Positions 17,803 to 25,897 are shown, numbered from the stretch's first letter. The stretch: 44,478 nucleotides of DNA from Bradyrhizobiaceae bacterium (GCA_947475855.1 CANJPN010000001.1:1-44478), one strand, 5' to 3'. The notes: generated from the sequence alone by a model not told the origin. Translations and numbers: made by a program.

Positions 17803-20631
17803 CTAGGGGGTATGAATTAACGTCCTCGCAACCCGGAAGCCCAAGTTGAGGCCACGGAGGCCCGGAGCGTAGTAGTAGCGCTGCGCCGCGCGGAGAACCT
17901 GCGGAAGATTGAGCCAGGAGCCGCCGCGAAGAAGACGGGAACAGTCTTCATTGTCAGGCGCCGAGCTACCGTCCGTCGGCGCACTATTATAGGTATCGAC
18001 GTAACAGTCCTGGACCCACTCCCATACGTTACCGTGCATGTCATAGAGGCCGAAGCCGTTGGACTTCTTCTTCCCCGCCGGCTGCGTCTTGCTCTCGGAG
18101 TTCGAGTTGAACCATGCGTAATCGCCGAGCAGCGCTTCGTCGTCGCCGAACGACCAACGGCCCTGGTTGCCCGCTCGTGCGGCGTATTCCCATTCGGCCT
18201 CGGTGAGCAACCGATAGGAATGGCCGGTCATTTTTGACAGCCACGCGACATATTCCCGGGCGTCGTTCCAGTTGACGTTAATCACCGGCCGCCGTCCCCG
18301 CGGCCAACCGGAATCGGACGCGACAGTTTTGCAACCTCCTGCCGCTACGCAGGCATCCCACTGGTCGAAGGTAACCTCGTGAATAGAGACCGCCAATGGC
18401 GCCTTGATCGTCACCTTACGCAGCGGCCCCTCGTTGTCGCTGCGGTCCTTCTCGGCGTCGGGTGAGCCCATCGTGAAATCGCCCGCCGGCAGCACGACCA
18501 TGCCGGGGCAATGCCGCGAGTAGTCTGCGTCGGTCTTGGCGCAGTCCCAGAACGGATCGGCTTGCTTTTTGGCCAATGCGGCTTCCGCCGTCACCAGATA
18601 GGGCCGTGCCGTGACGTACTGGAACCACAGCCCGCTCAACTCGCGCTCGTACATCCGCGCGGTGAGGCCCGCGATGACGAGCGCCATCAGCAACACGATC
18701 GAAGCGCTCACGAGCCGCGCCCGGCGCCGGCCTGCAGCCTCCTGCTTCCGGCCGGCCGCCAGATACGCACTCGCCGGCGCCAAAGCGGCGGCGAAGTCGG
18801 GCTTGCCAATCAGATCGAGCGCGCTCTCCAGCCGCGTGCCGCGTCGCACGAAGTCGCCGTGCCGGCCACCGTCTGCCCACTCCTTGGCTTCGCGAAGCAC
18901 ATCGTCGCGCAGCTTCAGCGCGTCCTTCTGCTCCTCCAGCCAGCCATCGATCGGAGGACGTCGCAGCAGCGCCTCGTGCGCCACTTCAAGGGTGTCGCGG
19001 TTCTTTACAAGAAGGCGGTTCTCGACCAGCGCATTGGCCAGCGGCGCCAGCGCGGTCCGGCTGCCACCGACCAGCTCCACGTCTCGCGCCACCAGCCGCT
19101 TGGCGGCGTTTGCCGCCGGGTCCCATGTCGCGAGGCCCGGCACCATGAGCCGCCGCAGGCTGTCGTCGCCGCCGGCCGCACCCGCCGCCTTCTGCGCCTG
19201 TCGCAGCACGCGGGTGACGCAGCCGCCCATGCCGCCGATGTCGTTGTACTGCGCCAGCGTCAGCTCGTGCCCGGCTGCGTGCAGCTTGAACAACTGCGAC
19301 ATCGTAAAGGCCAGCAACGGCAGCGCGTCGGCGCCTGTCGCATCGGCGACGAGTTGGTTGGCCAGCGCCGGCTCGATGGTGAGGCGGCGCACCTGCTTGG
19401 TGTAGACCTCCGCCGGTTTCATGATGACGTCGCGATAGGCGCCGGGCGACAGCGGCGGCAGGTACAGCGGCTCGGGAGCATCGAGCCCGAGTGCGGCCAC
19501 CCGCTGCAACAAAGCCTCCACACTGTCGGCCCGGATCGTGATGAGCACGTAAGGATCGACGCCTTCGGGCGGCGCCTTCAGCAGCGCGGCCAGCACGTTG
19601 AGGAAGCGGTCGCTCTCCTGCGCGTCCTCTGCCGCGAACAGCTCCTCGCCCTGATCGATGGCGATCAGCGGCGCAGGTGGGCGGGCATCAGGCGAGGTCG
19701 CGCGCTGCGTGGCCGTGCAGACGGCCGCCGCCTCCGCCAGGAGCGCGCCGAACGCCATCGCGCTGGCGGCTTCGGTGGCGGCTCCGACCGCTGTGTTGAT
19801 CGAACCCGCCGTCTTGGTCTTACCGAAGCGCGCGAACCACGGCGCGAGCTGGAATCCGAGGCCGTCGGGCCCGGTCAGGATGCCCTGCGCGGGACGCAAA
19901 ATGGCGAGCGGCGCGAAATCGCGGTCGCGTTGCAGGCGCGGCCACAGACCCGCACGCAGGAACGACGACTTGCCGGCACCGGATGCCGCCTGGATCACGA
20001 ACAGGCGAGGTGCGCCGCGACGGCGCACGAGGCGGAGCTTGGTGAGCCCACTCATAATATCGGCCTCACGGCCGAAGAAGATGCCGGCGTCCTCCTCGCC
20101 CAGCGCGGACAGGCCGGGATATGGCTCGGCGTTGGGCTTGTCTTTCGGCGGCCACACGAAGCTGCCCGGCGCGACGCCGAGGTCTTCGAGTCGCGTCTTG
20201 ATCGAGTTGAGCGCGGCCAAGTTGAACTCGACCCGGTGCAGCTTGCCGTCGTGCTCGAACGGCTCCATGCGCTCGGTGGGCTCCGCCGACAGATCGACGA
20301 ACTGTCGCTCGGCGTAGCGAGCGAGACGGGGGTCATCCTTGGTGAGATCGCGCAGGATGGCCGGGATGATAGCCTTGCCGAGCGCCTCGGCCAGCTCCAG
20401 CTCCTTCTGGCATTCGACCGAGGCTATAGAGTCTGGCGAGGCGAGCAGGATGACGGCCTCGCAGGTCGCGTTGGCCTTGCGCAGCGTGTCGCGCCAGCGC
20501 TCGCCGGCACCGATACCGTGCAGGTCGATGAACACGTCGTCCTTGGACCAGCCGTTGGCTTCGAGCCAGCGCTGGAAGGCGAGGGCCTGGACGCTGTCCT
20601 TGCTCGAATGCGAGATGAACAAACGCGGCAA
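17803..20631 (-). CDS. TIR domain / P-loop STAND-type NTPase / single TM helix / FGE-sulfatase-like (SUMF1 fold, non-catalytic) protein, paralogue 1 (942 aa)
   Basis: The TIR domain shows LFISHSSKDS (beta-A) and ASPDSIASVECQKEL (the conserved Glu motif, E77). The NTPase shows Walker A VIQAASGAGKSS (K221, nt 19963-19983), Walker B LIAIDQGEELF, LPLLAF and LEVAHEALLRR helices typical of nSTAND-like NTPases. A TM segment LVSASIVLLMALVIAGLTA (nt 18658-18714) follows RRRAR. The FGE-sulfatase fold (nt 17824-18510) shows RPVINVNW, YRLLTEAEWEYAARAG, GLYDMHGNVWEWVQD, LRGGSW and NLGFRVAR. The gene uses a TTG start with GGGGG upstream. Confidence 0.9.
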   Translation of the reverse strand: MPRLFISHSSKDSVQALAFQRWLEANGWSKDDVFIDLHGIGAGERWRDTLRKANATCEAVILLASPDSIASVECQKELELAEALGKAIIPAILRDLTKDDPRLARYAERQFVDLSAEPTERMEPFEHDGKLHRVEFNLAALNSIKTRLEDLGVAPGSFVWPPKDKPNAEPYPGLSALGEEDAGIFFGREADIMSGLTKLRLVRRRGAPRLFVIQAASGAGKSSFLRAGLWPRLQRDRDFAPLAILRPAQGILTGPDGLGFQLAPWFARFGKTKTAGSINTAVGAATEAASAMAFGALLAEAAAVCTATQRATSPDARPPAPLIAIDQGEELFAAEDAQESDRFLNVLAALLKAPPEGVDPYVLITIRADSVEALLQRVAALGLDAPEPLYLPPLSPGAYRDVIMKPAEVYTKQVRRLTIEPALANQLVADATGADALPLLAFTMSQLFKLHAAGHELTLAQYNDIGGMGGCVTRVLRQAQKAAGAAGGDDSLRRLMVPGLATWDPAANAAKRLVARDVELVGGSRTALAPLANALVENRLLVKNRDTLEVAHEALLRRPPIDGWLEEQKDALKLRDDVLREAKEWADGGRHGDFVRRGTRLESALDLIGKPDFAAALAPASAYLAAGRKQEAAGRRRARLVSASIVLLMALVIAGLTARMYERELSGLWFQYVTARPYLVTAEAALAKKQADPFWDCAKTDADYSRHCPGMVVLPAGDFTMGSPDAEKDRSDNEGPLRKVTIKAPLAVSIHEVTFDQWDACVAAGGCKTVASDSGWPRGRRPVINVNWNDAREYVAWLSKMTGHSYRLLTEAEWEYAARAGNQGRWSFGDDEALLGDYAWFNSNSESKTQPAGKKKSNGFGLYDMHGNVWEWVQDCYVDTYNSAPTDGSSAPDNEDCSRLLRGGSWLNLPQVLRAAQRYYYAPGLRGLNLGFRVARTLIHTP

Positions 20632-20685
20632 AATACGCCCCCGATCCCCCGCCGCCAGAAACGCGGCGGTCGTGCCCGTGTGATC

Positions 20686-20714
20686 AGTCTAGCGTGACTG
20701 TTGCGCCGCTGGAA
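20686..20714 (-). promoter_or_regulatory. Candidate sigma-70-like promoter for paralogue 1 (TTCCAG-N17-TAGACT on the minus strand)
   Basis: The hexamers lie in a roughly 42-nt block that is conserved upstream of both paralogues, while neighbouring leader sequence has diverged. The match to consensus is weak at -35. Confidence 0.2.
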
Positions 20715-20745
20715 GCTCAGGAAGGCAACAGACAAGGCGACAAGC

Positions 20746-21063
20746 TCAGCCGCCGCCCTGGAAGCCACGGGCGCGAGACCGGAACAGGCGTGGGCTGCGG
20801 CGCTCGTGCAGCACGGCGAGCACGTACACGCGACTGTCCTGTGGGACGTAAAGCACGATGTAGGGGAAACGCCGCAATCGGACCCGACGGGTGCCCCGAT
20901 ACAGCGCACGCGGGCGCTCCGGACTTGCGCCGATCCTGGCGAACGCATGGCCCGCCTCCGCGATCATCTCATGGCCAAGCCCGAGTTGACGCGCCTCGTA
21001 CCAGCGGAATGCCTCAGCGAGGTCGGCTTCGGCCTCGGGCTGGACGATGACTTCGGCGGTCAC
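20746..21063 (-). CDS. ParE/RelE-family type II toxin
   Basis: The product (VTAEVIVQPEAEADLAEAFRWYE...RRVRLRRFPYIVLYVPQDSRVYVLAVLHERR) has the ParE/RelE C-terminal pattern. Its GTG start overlaps the antitoxin TGA stop (GTGA at 21060-21063). Confidence 0.8.
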   Translation of the reverse strand: MTAEVIVQPEAEADLAEAFRWYEARQLGLGHEMIAEAGHAFARIGASPERPRALYRGTRRVRLRRFPYIVLYVPQDSRVYVLAVLHERRSPRLFRSRARGFQGGG

Positions 21064-21275
21064 GGCTGGCCGGTGATACGACGGCGGACCTCGTCCCATG
21101 GCGCACCGACAGAGGTGCCGCTGTCGAGGGCGTCGAGCCGCTTGTCGATCTCGTCACGCTGCCAATCTTGGAGCGGCAGCGCGTCGGCATCAGTGTCGAG
21201 CGAATCCCACAGATCCTCGATCAGCTTCAGCCGCTCGGCGACGGGTAGCTTGGTGAGCGTGGTCGTGTCGGTCAT
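21060..21275 (-). CDS. Putative addiction-module antitoxin (TIGR02574-like)
   Basis: The product MTDTTTLTKLPVAERLKLIEDLWDSLDTDADALPLQDWQRDEIDKRLDAL...WDEV shows the characteristic ERL.L...LWDSL motif. It lies immediately upstream of the toxin and is coupled to it. Confidence 0.8.
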   Translation of the reverse strand: MTDTTTLTKLPVAERLKLIEDLWDSLDTDADALPLQDWQRDEIDKRLDALDSGTSVGAPWDEVRRRITGQP

Positions 21276-21336
21276 GACCAAACCATACCACAGATCCAGG
21301 ACTGGCGTCGATCTCGGCATCCGCACCGACCTCGAC

Positions 21337-21388
21337 TCGATTCCGTAGCCACCAGGGTGCTACGCACCCTGGACCCACAGCTAAAACT
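21337..21388 (-). repeat. Copy B of the 52-nt conserved element, 39 nt downstream of TIR-STAND-FGS gene 2
   Basis: This copy is identical to 17712-17763 and sits at the same distance (39 nt) from its stop codon. It lies between the paralogue 2 stop and the antitoxin start. Confidence 0.85.
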
Positions 21389-21427
21389 GGTGTGCGACCC
21401 GGCAAAGTTTGCCAGGACGTAACGGGG

Positions 21428-24337
21428 TTAGGGGGTATGAATTAACGTCCTCGCAACCCGGAAGCCCAAGCTGCTGTTGCGGTAGACCGGAGAGCCGTTG
21501 TTGCGCTGCGCCGCGCGGAGGTCCCGAGGATCGTTGACCCAGGAGCCGCCGCGAAGAACACGGGAACAGCCCTCCTTGTCGGGTACTGCACTACCGTCCG
21601 CGGGCGCATTTTTATAGCTGTTGATGTAGCAATCCTGCACCCACTCGAAGACGTTGCCATGCATATCGTGGAGCCCGAAAGCGTTCGCCGGGTAGCTGCC
21701 GACGGGCGCCGTTTGCGCCTGTTTGTCGTCGCAGTTGCCGATGTCACCGGTGTAACCGCGACGTCTGAATGACTGATCCGCGAGGTTGGCGTGCTTGCAA
21801 ATCTCGGTCGCATCGTTGCCGAACGAGTAGGCTGTCTGGGTGCCGGCCCGTGCGCCATACTCCCATTCGGCCTCGGTCAGCAGCCGGTACTCCTTGCCCG
21901 TCATTCTGGATAGCCAGACGACGTATGACTTCGCCTGATCCCATGACACGTTGATCACGGGCTTCCGGCCCTTGCCGAAGGTTGCGTCGCCGGTCGGCCG
22001 CCCGTCGCAGCCGCGCATCCCGACGCACGCCTCCCACTCGTCCCAGGTCACCTCGAACTTGGCCACCGCGAACGGTTTGGCGATGGTCACTGGGCGAACT
22101 GGGCCTTCGTCGTTGTCGCGTCCAGCCTCGTTGTCCGGCGAGCCCATGCGGAACGAGCCCGCCGGCAGCGCGACCATTTCAGGGCAGACCGTGGCGCACT
22201 CCCGGAACGTCTCGCCGGGCTTCTTCGTGTCGGCCTTGGCGGCCAGCACCTGCTCCCCGACCTTGGCGATGTAGGGTCGCTCCTCGCGGAACTGCCAGAT
22301 CGCGTGATCAATCTCTGCCTTGAAGATGGCGTACTGCGAGACGCCGATGACACCGAGCATAAGCGCGTAGATCGCCGCGCGAACACGGCCCGCCCGGCGC
22401 TGGCCCGCGGTCTCCAGGCGCTTGCAGGCAGCGAGATAGTCCTTCGCCGGCGCCATCGAAGCCGCGAAATCCGCGTTGCGGGCGAGCGCGAGGGCACTCT
22501 CCAGGTGGACGCCGCGGCGGGGCAGGTCATGGACCGGGCTGCCGCTGTCTTTCCAGTCCGTCACCTCACGTCGCACGTCGTCACGCAGTTTGAGAGCGTC
22601 CTGCTGAGCCTCCAGCCACTCCGAGATCGGCTTGCGTCGTAGCAACGCCTCGTGCGCGACCTCCAGTGTTGCCGGGCCTTTGCCGTCGTCGGCTGCACTC
22701 CTGGTCAACAGGCGGGCCTCGACGAGCGCATTGGCGAGTGGCGCAAGGCCAGAACGATCGCCTCCGACGATCTCCGCTTCCTGCGGCACCAGCCGCTTGG
22801 CGGCGTTGGCGGCCGTCTCCCAAGTCGCGAGTCCCGGCACCATCAGGCGGCGCAAGTGCTCCAGCGTTCCGGCCAGCCCGGCCTTTGCCTGTGCCTCTGC
22901 CAGCGCTCGGTCGATCGAGCCGCCGATCCCGCCCATGGCGTCGAATTGCGCGAGCGTCAGCTTGCGGTCGATGGCGTGGGCGTCGAACAGACGCTGGAGC
23001 GTGAACGCCAGCAACGGCAGCGCGTCGGCGCCCCTCGTCTCGTTTACCAGCGCCTGGACCAGCTCAGGCTCGACGTCGAGCCGCGCCACGCGCCGGGCGT
23101 GGACGGCCGCCGGGCGTGTGATGACGTCGCGATAGGCCGTCGGGGACAACGGCGGCAGCGGCAGAGAGAACGGCGTGTCGATGCCGAGTTCCGGCACGCG
23201 GCGGAGCAGAGCGTCGATGCTGTCGGCGCGGATAGTGATCAGGACATAAGGATCGAGCCCGGCCGGCGGCGCGGCGAGCAGCAGGCCCAGCATGGCGAGG
23301 AAGCGGTCGCTCTCGAATTTGTCTTCGGCGGCGAAAAGCTCCTCGCCCTGGTCGACGGCGATGAGCAGCGAGAGACGCCGCGCGCCGTTTGGTGCAGCGC
23401 CGAGGTTGCGCACTTCCAACGCCAGAGCCGCCGCTTCGGCGAGGAGGCCCGCGAGCTTCTTGGCCCCCGCCTCCACACCTTCCGCCATCAGCTCGGCCTG
23501 CATCGAGCCCGCCGACCGCGTCCGCCGGTGGCGAGCGAACCACGCTTCGAGCCCCTTGCCGAGGCCAAACTGGGGGCCGGTGATGATGCCCTTGGCCGGG
23601 CGGACGATGGCGAGCGGAACGAACTCGGACGTGCGACCGAGCTTTGGCCATAGACCGGCGCGGAGGAAGCTCGACTTGCCGGCGCCGGACGCCGCCTGGA
23701 TCACCATCATCCGGGGGCTGCCGCGCTCGCGCATGCGGCGCAACTCGCGCAGCCCGGTCATCACGTCGGCCTCCCGACCGAAGAAGATGGCAGCCGAATC
23801 CTCGCCCAGTGCCTCCAGGCCGGGATACGGCCGCGCATTGGGGCGGTCCTTCGGTGGCCAGGGGAAGCTGTCGGGCGCGTGCCCGCGGTCGATCAGCGTC
23901 GTGTGGATGGCATCGAGCCCTGGCCGGTGGAAGTCGATAAGGTGCAGGCGGCTCTGATGCTGTACCTCGATGCGTTCCGCCTTGGGCTCCGCGGAAAGGT
24001 CCACGATCTGGCGGTCGGCATAGGGCTTGAGCCGCTCGTCGGCGATGGTGATGCCGCGCAGCATGGCGACGATCACATCCTTGCCGTCGTCCTCGGCGCG
24101 GCGCACCTCCCGCCGGCATTCATCGGACGCGAGGCTGTCCGGTGACGCGAGGAACAGCAGCGCGTCGCAGGCGATGTTGGCCCTCACGAGGACCTTCTGC
24201 CATTCCTCGCCCGCGGCAATGCCGTGGAGATCGATGAACACCTCATCCTCACCCCAGCCGTTGGCCATCAGCCAGCGCTGGAACGCGAGGGCCTGGACGC
24301 TGTCCTTGCTGGAATGCGAGATGAACAAACGCGGCAA
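21428..24337 (-). CDS. TIR domain / P-loop STAND-type NTPase / single TM helix / FGE-sulfatase-like protein, paralogue 2 (about 969 aa from the homologous TTG)
   Basis: The architecture matches paralogue 1: LFISHSSKDS, ASPDSLASDECRREV, VIQAASGAGKSS (nt 23669-23689), LIAVDQGEELF, LPLLAF, LEVAHEALLRR, a TM segment AAIYALMLGVIGVSQYAIF (about nt 22322-22381) and an FGE-like domain (about nt 21443-22189) with KPVINVSW, YRLLTEAEWEYGARAG, GLHDMHGNVFEWVQD, LRGGSW and SLGFRVAR. The ORF track extends to the ATG at 24385. I prefer the TTG at 24337 because the sequence around it is conserved with paralogue 1. Confidence 0.9.
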   Translation of the reverse strand: MPRLFISHSSKDSVQALAFQRWLMANGWGEDEVFIDLHGIAAGEEWQKVLVRANIACDALLFLASPDSLASDECRREVRRAEDDGKDVIVAMLRGITIADERLKPYADRQIVDLSAEPKAERIEVQHQSRLHLIDFHRPGLDAIHTTLIDRGHAPDSFPWPPKDRPNARPYPGLEALGEDSAAIFFGREADVMTGLRELRRMRERGSPRMMVIQAASGAGKSSFLRAGLWPKLGRTSEFVPLAIVRPAKGIITGPQFGLGKGLEAWFARHRRTRSAGSMQAELMAEGVEAGAKKLAGLLAEAAALALEVRNLGAAPNGARRLSLLIAVDQGEELFAAEDKFESDRFLAMLGLLLAAPPAGLDPYVLITIRADSIDALLRRVPELGIDTPFSLPLPPLSPTAYRDVITRPAAVHARRVARLDVEPELVQALVNETRGADALPLLAFTLQRLFDAHAIDRKLTLAQFDAMGGIGGSIDRALAEAQAKAGLAGTLEHLRRLMVPGLATWETAANAAKRLVPQEAEIVGGDRSGLAPLANALVEARLLTRSAADDGKGPATLEVAHEALLRRKPISEWLEAQQDALKLRDDVRREVTDWKDSGSPVHDLPRRGVHLESALALARNADFAASMAPAKDYLAACKRLETAGQRRAGRVRAAIYALMLGVIGVSQYAIFKAEIDHAIWQFREERPYIAKVGEQVLAAKADTKKPGETFRECATVCPEMVALPAGSFRMGSPDNEAGRDNDEGPVRPVTIAKPFAVAKFEVTWDEWEACVGMRGCDGRPTGDATFGKGRKPVINVSWDQAKSYVVWLSRMTGKEYRLLTEAEWEYGARAGTQTAYSFGNDATEICKHANLADQSFRRRGYTGDIGNCDDKQAQTAPVGSYPANAFGLHDMHGNVFEWVQDCYINSYKNAPADGSAVPDKEGCSRVLRGGSWVNDPRDLRAAQRNNGSPVYRNSSLGFRVARTLIHTP

Positions 24338-24393
24338 AATACGCCCCCAATCCCGCGCCGCGTGAGGAATGCCGCGAACGCGCACCGCGAGGC

Positions 24394-24422
24394 AGTCTAG
24401 AGTGACTGTGGTGCGGATGGAA
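24394..24422 (-). promoter_or_regulatory. Candidate sigma-70-like promoter for paralogue 2 (TTCCAT-N17-TAGACT on the minus strand)
   Basis: This is the homologous position of the conserved upstream block seen at 20686-20714. Confidence 0.2.
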
Positions 24423-24541
24423 GCTCGGGAAGGCGGCTTAGGAGGGCAATAGCTCTGAAGGACTCACGGCCTAAGATTCGGACGTGGGGAAAAAAGGTTT
24501 GATCCCCCAATCCTGCCGCGCAGATGAACGCACCGGCGCTC

Positions 24542-25366
24542 TCAGCACTCGCAGCCGCCGAGCTGCTGATCCATCGTCCGCGACGGCTCGGGACAGCCGG
24601 AAGGTCCGATCACCTTGGCCGGGACGCCGGCGACCGTCGTGTTCGCCGGCACGTCCGCCAACACGACGCTGCCCGCTGCTATCCGGCTGCACCTGCCGAC
24701 CGTGATATTGCCGAGCACCTTGGCACCGGCTCCGATCATCACGTTTTCGCCGATCTTGGGATGGCGGTCGCCGCCTTCCTTGCCCGTACCGCCCAGCGTC
24801 ACCGAGTGAAGCAGCGAGCAGTTGTCACCGATCGTTGCAGTCTCGCCGACCACGATGCCGGTACCGTGGTCGAACATGATGCCGGATCCGATCTTGGCGG
24901 CCGGATGAATGTCGACGCCGAACATGCGCGATGATTGGCTCTGCAGATAAAGCGCGAAATCCCGCCGGCCCGCCTTGTACAGCACATGCGCGAAGCGGTG
25001 CGTCACGAGCGCATGGAAGCCCTTGAAGTAGAGCAGCGGCTCGATGTAGCGCGTGCACGCGGGATCGCGATCCCGTACGGCGAAAAGATCGGCGCGAAAT
25101 GCCCGGCCCAGATCCGGCGAGGTAGCCAGCACCTCTTCGAAGATCTTGCTGATGAGATGCGCGTCGACGTCGGCGTGATTGAGCCGCTGCGCGAGACGGT
25201 GAGCGACGGCATTCTCGAGCCGGTCGTGGCTCAGCACGGTTGCGAAGATGAACCCGCCGAGCGCCGGTTCGGCTGATATCGCCTCTGCAGCTTCCGCTCG
25301 CAATGCGGCCCAGATGGGATCCACCGCCTGCAGTTTGTGTTCGTTGCGTGCGTTGCTTGTTGGCAT
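24542..25366 (-). CDS. cysE: Serine O-acetyltransferase
   Basis: The N-terminal SATase helical domain shows DPIWAALRAEA and RDPACTRYIEPLLYFKGFHAL. Hexapeptide repeats follow (GVDIHPAAKIGSGIMFDHGTGIVVGETATIGDNCSLLHSVTLGGTG...). I chose the ATG at 25366, giving 274 aa. Confidence 0.9.
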   Translation of the reverse strand: MPTSNARNEHKLQAVDPIWAALRAEAAEAISAEPALGGFIFATVLSHDRLENAVAHRLAQRLNHADVDAHLISKIFEEVLATSPDLGRAFRADLFAVRDRDPACTRYIEPLLYFKGFHALVTHRFAHVLYKAGRRDFALYLQSQSSRMFGVDIHPAAKIGSGIMFDHGTGIVVGETATIGDNCSLLHSVTLGGTGKEGGDRHPKIGENVMIGAGAKVLGNITVGRCSRIAAGSVVLADVPANTTVAGVPAKVIGPSGCPEPSRTMDQQLGGCEC

Positions 25367-25801
25367 GTCACCGTTCCTGCCGGGCCCATCACCGAAGTGT
25401 GCGCCGTGGAAATTCGCACCTGAAGCTGTCTCTTCATGTGGCACCGAACGGTCTGCGTTTCAATTGGAGGTGGGGTGCGGGACGGAATGGCGGTGGCCGT
25501 CTTTGCCGGCTCGCTCCCGAACAAAACCATTCGATCGAACAAATCTTCCACAGGCAAATTCGCCGGCAAAAGGAGCGTCGCCGAAAAGGGGTTTATCCAG
25601 TTGCAACGTGCTGATCTCAAGCCTTTTTCAGGAAATGGAATTCTGCACCTGATTTTTATTCGCAGCGTGGATAACTCCAGAATTGACGCGCTGCAGCAAC
25701 GGTTCCGCCTTGCCTGCAGGAAAGCCCGACATGATAATTAGACCTGCGTGAACGTAGTCACGCGGAACCTCAGCGCCGGTTCTCCGGCAAAGGAGGCTCG
25801 C

Positions 25802-25897
25802 ATGCACATGAACCAGCAGACGACCCACCGCCTGAACATGGCTATGGCGCTTCTGTCTTTCGGGTTCATTGCCGCCGTGGTGTTCGGCATGGTCTGA
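25802..25897 (+). CDS. Small hydrophobic protein, 31 aa (MHMNQQTTHRLNMAMALLSFGFIAAVVFGMV)
   Basis: The ORF is below the track's size cutoff. AAGGAGG lies 5 nt upstream of the ATG and the product has one TM-like segment. It is divergent from cysE. Confidence 0.4.
   Translation: MHMNQQTTHRLNMAMALLSFGFIAAVVFGMV

Noticed and set aside
18511-20697. A 728-aa plus-strand ORF antisense to TIR-STAND-FGS gene 1. Similar antisense ORFs are 22652..23653 and 23064..24119.
   Set aside because: The products are Arg/Ala/Gly-rich and low-complexity with no motifs. This is the typical antisense open frame of GC-rich coding DNA. The minus-strand frame carries clear domain signatures.
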